The position numbers and the translations under genes were made by a program. This document shows positions 6,882 through 14,165 of a stretch of 14,165 nucleotides of DNA, piece after piece. The notes beneath the pieces were generated by a model. That model ran no database searches. It saw only the letters and a list, made by a program, of their open reading frames with translations, and was not told the DNA's origin. The number at the start of each line of letters is the position of its first letter. The stretch's first letter is position 1. Origin of the DNA: a virus (Duplodnaviria > Heunggongvirae > Uroviricota > Caudoviricetes); IMG/VR virus record IMGVR_UViG_2551306525_000004, positions 1 through 14,165 of that record; one strand, given 5' to 3'.

Positions 6882-7098
6882 ATTAAAAACGATGCACACC
6901 GGGTTTTTACCGCGTTAATGATTCGCGGATTTATCCCGGTGCGATGGTGGAAGAAACCGGAAGCTGTATTACAGAAAGTGCTACTACTGTATCCCGATGC
7001 GATGTATGTAATGTGAGTCAGATAATGGCACAGGATGTGGTGATGTGGCAGTCTGGAACACAGGATATATTGTCAGAATAAGACCCGTAGGAATAAAA

Positions 7099-7425
7099 AT
7101 GAAAAGACGCCTTTTACTACTTTTTCTGTTATCTGTCCTAGCAGTGGGATGCTCGCAGCAAAAAGCTGATGAGCCCCGGCAATTAGTGACGGTGTATCCA
7201 CGATATCCGGAATATGCTGCAGCAAATTATATCAAGGGGCTGGTTGAGGTTAAGTTCGATATTGGTGCTGATGGGACTGTGACACGGATCGTTTTTCTCC
7301 GCTCAGAGCCTCATAATTTGTTTCGTGATGAAGTGGTGAAGGCCATGGCGAAATGGCGATTTGAAAAGAATCGTCCCTGTCAGGGAGTGAAGAGACAATT
7401 TATCTTTACGCCGTCACGTCCCTGA
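7099..7425 (+). CDS. Lipoprotein with a TonB C-terminal-like domain (moron)
   Basis: ATG 7099 with AGGA SD. Signal peptide plus lipobox (MKRRLLLLFLLSVLAVGCSQQ). Mature part YPRYPEYAAANYIKGLVEVKFDIGADGTVTRIVFLRSEPHNLFRDEVVKAMAKWRFE aligns well with the TonB C-terminal domain as I recall it (YPARAQALRIEGQVKVKFDV...FEREVKNAMRRWRYE). Confidence 0.7.
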   Translation: MKRRLLLLFLLSVLAVGCSQQKADEPRQLVTVYPRYPEYAAANYIKGLVEVKFDIGADGTVTRIVFLRSEPHNLFRDEVVKAMAKWRFEKNRPCQGVKRQFIFTPSRP

Positions 7426-7517
7426 TGCTTCCAGGTAGAGAGGGGCTGGAAGCAGGAGAAAAATGAAAGAGCCAGCGGTTATATTTTTGTCATGGCTGAC
7501 GAGGAATGATGGAAGAA

Positions 7518-7540
7518 GGCGTTGTATGCCACACAACGCC
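7518..7540 (-). terminator. Hairpin 8 nt downstream of the 7548-7727 gene (possible bidirectional terminator)
   Basis: Stem ggcgttgt / acaacgcc with a 7-nt loop. T-rich flanks on both strands but no clean U-tract. Confidence 0.35.
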
Positions 7541-7547
7541 TCACTGT

Positions 7548-7727
7548 TCATTTCTTCTTTTTCTCTAGTGGAACCCGATGAATAAGAGTTGCACTGGTTT
7601 CCGATGAGATGGCGATATACTCGGGCAAAGTATGCTGGCAGTTTTCCAACTGGTCAAAAATACCTGCTCTCGTCTGTTGCAATGCCTGCAGCATGCGGCG
7701 GCAATGCGCCTTGCTTTTGCTAACCAT
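7548..7727 (-). CDS. Hypothetical small protein (59 aa)
   Basis: ATG at 7727 (minus) preceded by a strong SD AGGAAGGA at 4-nt spacing. The longer 117-aa frame overlaps the upstream gene, so the shorter start is preferred. Confidence 0.45.
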   Translation of the reverse strand: MVSKSKAHCRRMLQALQQTRAGIFDQLENCQHTLPEYIAISSETSATLIHRVPLEKKKK

Positions 7728-7788
7728 CTTTCCTTCCTCTATCAGTCGCTGCGTGAACTCATCATGGAATACCAGGTAAATGCGGATG

Positions 7789-8040
7789 TTATCGGTTTTG
7801 GCTACGCAGCATAGTACAAAACGGACAGGTGCATCCCGGGACGGGGGAGGCGTCACATGTCCCTGTGATGGTTGTTCCGGGTAATGCACTGTGTGGGGCA
7901 TAAAAATGTCCGATAATTTTACTTTCTACCGCAGTTAGTTGATTCGTTGGTCCTGGTAGCACATTGGGCGAGGATTTAAATGCCAGGCAACTGAAGGATG
8001 ATGTTGCAAGGGAGATAGCGAGAATATTTCTGATTTTCAT
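7789..8040 (-). CDS. Hypothetical small secreted Cys-containing protein (83 aa)
   Basis: ATG at 8040 (minus) with AGAGG SD. N-terminal signal-peptide-like segment MKIRNILAISLATSSFSCLA. Mature part carries 5 Cys (CDASPVPGCTCPFC). Confidence 0.45.
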   Translation of the reverse strand: MKIRNILAISLATSSFSCLAFKSSPNVLPGPTNQLTAVESKIIGHFYAPHSALPGTTITGTCDASPVPGCTCPFCTMLRSQNR

Positions 8041-8149
8041 TTGATGATGCCTCTGTGTGAAATGACGGTAAACGACGCACTTGTGCCGGCACATAATAGC
8101 AAGCACCATAATAGATCAGATTCGATTCTTGCTGTAAGTGATAATTATT

Positions 8150-8378
8150 CTCGTTTTTCGGGTCCTTTCCGGCGATCCAACAGGCTACGGGGCGGCGACC
8201 TCGCGGGTTTTCGCTATTTATGAAAATTTTCCGGTTTAAGGCGTTTCCGTTCTTCTTCGTCATAACTTAATGTTTTTATTTAAAATACCCTCTGAAAAGA
8301 AAGGAAACGACAGGTGCTGAAAGCGAGCTTTTTGGCCTCTGTCGTTTCCTTTCTCTGTTTTTGTCCGTGGAATGAACA
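8150..8378. other. cos: Lambda-type cos site (cosQ-cosN-cosB); cosN 12-nt cohesive end GGGCGGCGACCT at 8190-8201
   Basis: Sequence ...caggctacg|gggcggcgacct|cgcgggttttcgctatttatgaaaattttccgg... matches the lambda genome ends/cos as I recall them, and Nu1 starts 189 nt downstream. Confidence 0.85.
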
Positions 8379-8898
8379 ATGGAAGTCAACAAAAAGCAGC
8401 TGGCTGACATTTTCGGTGCGAGTATCCGTACCATTCAGAACTGGCAGGAACAGGGAATGCCCGTTCTGCGAGGCGGTGGCAAGGGTAATGAGGTGCTTTA
8501 TGACTCTGCCGCCGTCATAAAATGGTATGCCGAAAGGGATGCTGAAATTGAGAACGAAAAGCTGCGCCGGGAAGTTGAAGAACTGCGGCAGGCCAGCGAG
8601 ACAGATCTCCAGCCAGGGACTATTGAGTACGAACGCCATCGACTTACGCGTGCGCAGGCCGACGCACAGGAGCTGAAAAATGCCAGAGACTCCGCTGAAG
8701 TGGTGGAAACCGCATTCTGTACTTTCGTGCTGTCGCGGATCGCAGGTGAAATTGCCAGTATTCTCGACGGGATCCCCCTGTCGGTGCAGCGGCGTTTTCC
8801 GGAACTGGAAAACCGACATGTTGATTTCCTGAAACGGGATATCATCAAAGCCATGAACAAAGCAGCCGCGCTGGATGAACTGATACCGGGGTTGCTGA

Positions 8899-8924
<26 letters not shown>
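8379..8924 (+). CDS. nu1: Terminase small subunit Nu1
   Basis: 181 aa MEVNKKQLADIFGASIRTIQNWQEQGMPVLRGGGKGNEVLYDSAAVIKWYAERD..., nearly identical to lambda gpNu1 as I recall it. Confidence 0.95.
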
Positions 8925-12605
<3,681 letters not shown>

Positions 12606-12625
<20 letters not shown>

Positions 12626-12935
12626 TCTCCCGCATATTGCCAGCATGGCTTTTAATGAGCCGCTGATGCTTGAACCCGCCTATGCGCGGGTTTTCTTTTG
12701 TGCGCTTGCAGGCCAGCTTGGGATCAGCCGCCTGACGGATGCAGTATCCGGCGACAGCCTGACTGCCGGAGAGGCACCCGCGGCGCTGGCGTTATCCGGT
12801 GATGATGACGGACCACGACAGGCCCGCAGTTATCAGGTCATGAACGGCATCGCCGTGCTGCCGGTGTCCGGTACGCTGGTCAGCCGGACGCGGGCGCTGC
12901 AGCCGTATTCGGGAATATCTTCAGTCCCATACTGA
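12606..12935 (+). pseudogene. C: Truncated gene C (head protease/scaffold); only about 103 N-terminal codons of lambda-like sequence, then out-of-context sequence to a stop
   Basis: GTG 12606, product MTAELRNLPHIASMAFNEPLMLEPAYARVFFCALAGQLGIS...RALQPYSG matches the lambda gpC N-terminus (full length about 439 aa). Homology stops near 12916 and the frame ends at 12935. Confidence 0.8.
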
Positions 12936-12936
12936 T

Positions 12937-13071
12937 ATGCCCGGCAACGATGACCTGAAGGGCATTAACGTGAAATACCGTTATGAGTTTACGGACACGC
13001 TGGGGATGGTGACGTCATTCAGCTATGCAGAAGACAAGAATCGCCAGCTGACTCATTACAGCGATAGCCGT
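12937..13071 (+). pseudogene. lom: Internal fragment of a lom-like (Ail/Lom/PagC family) outer-membrane protein gene
   Basis: Translation PGNDDLKGINVKYRYEFTDTLGMVTSFSYAEDKNRQLTHYSD matches an internal segment of lambda Lom (VPGSDDLNGINVKYRYEFTDTLGLVTSFSYAGDKNRQLTRYSD) as I recall it. No signal peptide and no C-terminus. Confidence 0.6.
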
Positions 13072-13245
13072 TCTGACGGTACTCATCCCCGCGCCAATCT
13101 GGCGGGCAATGGTTTCAATCGATGGCCAGCACACACCTTCGTCATTACTGAAATCAGCCAGGCGGGCCATAATTGCCACGCTGGATAATTTCATGCCTGA
13201 CGCTGCGCAACCATCCCATACATAGCCGGTTAATTTAGTGCTCAT
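13015..13245 (-). pseudogene. Truncated HTH (HTH_36-like) replication/regulatory gene N-terminus, e14 ymfN-like
   Basis: First ~58 codons (MSTKLTGYVWDGCAASGMKLSSVAIMARLADFSNDEGVCWPSIETIARQIGAGMSTVR) look like the HTH N-terminus of phage replication-initiation proteins. The remaining 18 codons are antisense of the lom fragment, so the gene is cut at about 13071/13072. Confidence 0.5.
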
Positions 13246-13254
13246 GACCGACCT

Positions 13255-13593
13255 CTATTTCCCTGAATTTACGACGAAACTGTTCGAGCGGACTGAAGCA
13301 CTCATGCTCATAGCCTTCGCGGAGGTAGATAACCCGTTGTGTTTCCGGTTCCCAACGAATGACTCTGACGGGCACTCCGTAGTGATCTTTGAACCAGCGG
13401 TTAACTTGTCGCAAAGGACTGTCTCCTTCTGCCGGTTGAAATCCCCCACAGCCCACTCTGCAAAGCTGTGGGTTACAATTTCCCTGTCACCTGGTACATT
13501 CACTGCATAGCAATATTCCACCTTCGCTTTTCCACCCGGTACAGGAAGCGCAATCAGTTGCGAGCGACGGTAGTGTGTTGTTAAACTGTTCAT
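13255..13593 (-). CDS. Hypothetical protein, 112 aa (e14 ymfM-like by size and position)
   Basis: ATG 13593 overlaps the stop of the upstream gene (ATGA). The size and the 189-aa / 112-aa / HTH gene order match e14 ymfL-ymfM-ymfN as I recall. The C-terminal half is low-complexity and an alternative frame overlaps it. Confidence 0.45.
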   Translation of the reverse strand: MNSLTTHYRRSQLIALPVPGGKAKVEYCYAVNVPGDREIVTHSFAEWAVGDFNRQKETVLCDKLTAGSKITTECPSESFVGNRKHNGLSTSAKAMSMSASVRSNSFVVNSGK

Positions 13594-14159
13594 GCGTTAG
13601 TTTCTCCACAACCAGAAGCAATCGACGCCACGACGCCCGGAGCTGCACACTCGCGGGCGTCATTACTTTCTGAAATGCAAAAGATTTTGTAGACCAGTGC
13701 TGCATGCTCCTGCAGCTTCGAAATTGAGAGATACAGCTCGTCGTTAATTGCTGTCTTCTCATGCGGTTCCACTACACCGTCTTCGATTGCTGAACGAATC
13801 TGTTTTGAATAACTGCCGATCTGTTCAATGACTTCCAGCAGACGCTGGTTAATATCGGCGTTGTCCACATCCTCGACGTCAGGAAGCGACACAAAGACGC
13901 CATTTGCAGACTGCGCCACAGCATCAGCAATGAAGTGAGTGCCACCAGCACGCTGTAAAACCATTGCCCATCCCAGCGGGAAAATCTGATCGCCATCTGC
14001 ACGAAGGCGGTTGAATAAAGCGTTTTCTGTTACATCGAGCCAGTCAGCCGCTTCAGCGTAACCACCCGGCAACGCCGCGATAGTTTTTCTGACAGCTTTC
14101 ACGTACCACTCAGGCTGTTTTTCTATTTTCCAGTGATGCTTACCCACGATTAGCCTCAT
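13590..14159 (-). CDS. Phage CII-like regulatory protein (CP76-type; e14 ymfL-like), 189 aa
   Basis: Full-length [61 protein letters not shown]...; the family assignment is from memory. Its promoter lies outside the window. Confidence 0.6.
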   Translation of the reverse strand: MRLIVGKHHWKIEKQPEWYVKAVRKTIAALPGGYAEAADWLDVTENALFNRLRADGDQIFPLGWAMVLQRAGGTHFIADAVAQSANGVFVSLPDVEDVDNADINQRLLEVIEQIGSYSKQIRSAIEDGVVEPHEKTAINDELYLSISKLQEHAALVYKIFCISESNDARECAAPGVVASIASGCGETNA

Positions 14160-14165
14160 CGTTGT

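Noticed and set aside
7548-7901. Full-length 117-aa version of the minus-strand ORF starting at 7901
   Set aside because: Its N-terminal half overlaps the upstream 7789-8040 gene in another frame, whereas an internal ATG at 7727 has a strong AGGAAGGA SD, so the short form was chosen.
8041-8860. ORFs across the cos region and antisense to Nu1 (8041-8223 +, 7976-8263 -, 8280-8819 -, 8314-8520 +, 8498-8860 -)
   Set aside because: This DNA is the well-characterised lambda cos/Nu1 region; the antisense and cos-spanning frames are not genes in lambda.

Overview
This window is a mosaic, defective lambdoid prophage segment of enterobacterial (E. coli-like) type. Left: the 3' end of an unidentified gene, a short Q-family late antiterminator, then an AT-rich antisense moron encoding a 339-aa membrane-anchored protein I cannot assign to any family, a small HTH-like ORF and a CcrM/HinfI-type beta-class adenine methyltransferase. 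Centre: about 1.1 kb of non-coding late-control DNA with three strong intrinsic terminators, then a phage-21-type lysis cassette (dual-start pinholin, DUF1327-like insert, SAR lysozyme) joined to lambda-type Rz/Rz1, followed by bor, a lipoprotein with a TonB C-terminal domain, and two small antisense genes. Right: an intact lambda cos site with Nu1, A, W and B that match lambda closely, but gene C is cut after about 110 codons and joined through a ~140-bp lom fragment to an inverted e14-like early-region remnant (CII-like regulator, 112-aa ORF, truncated HTH gene). I saw no rRNA, tRNA, CRISPR or IS elements. The best candidates for undescribed biology are the antisense membrane protein downstream of Q (548-1567), the TonB-C lipoprotein (7099-7425) and an antisense small gene inside the lysis cassette (4924-5196). 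All homology statements are from memory of protein families and of the lambda sequence; no database search was run.
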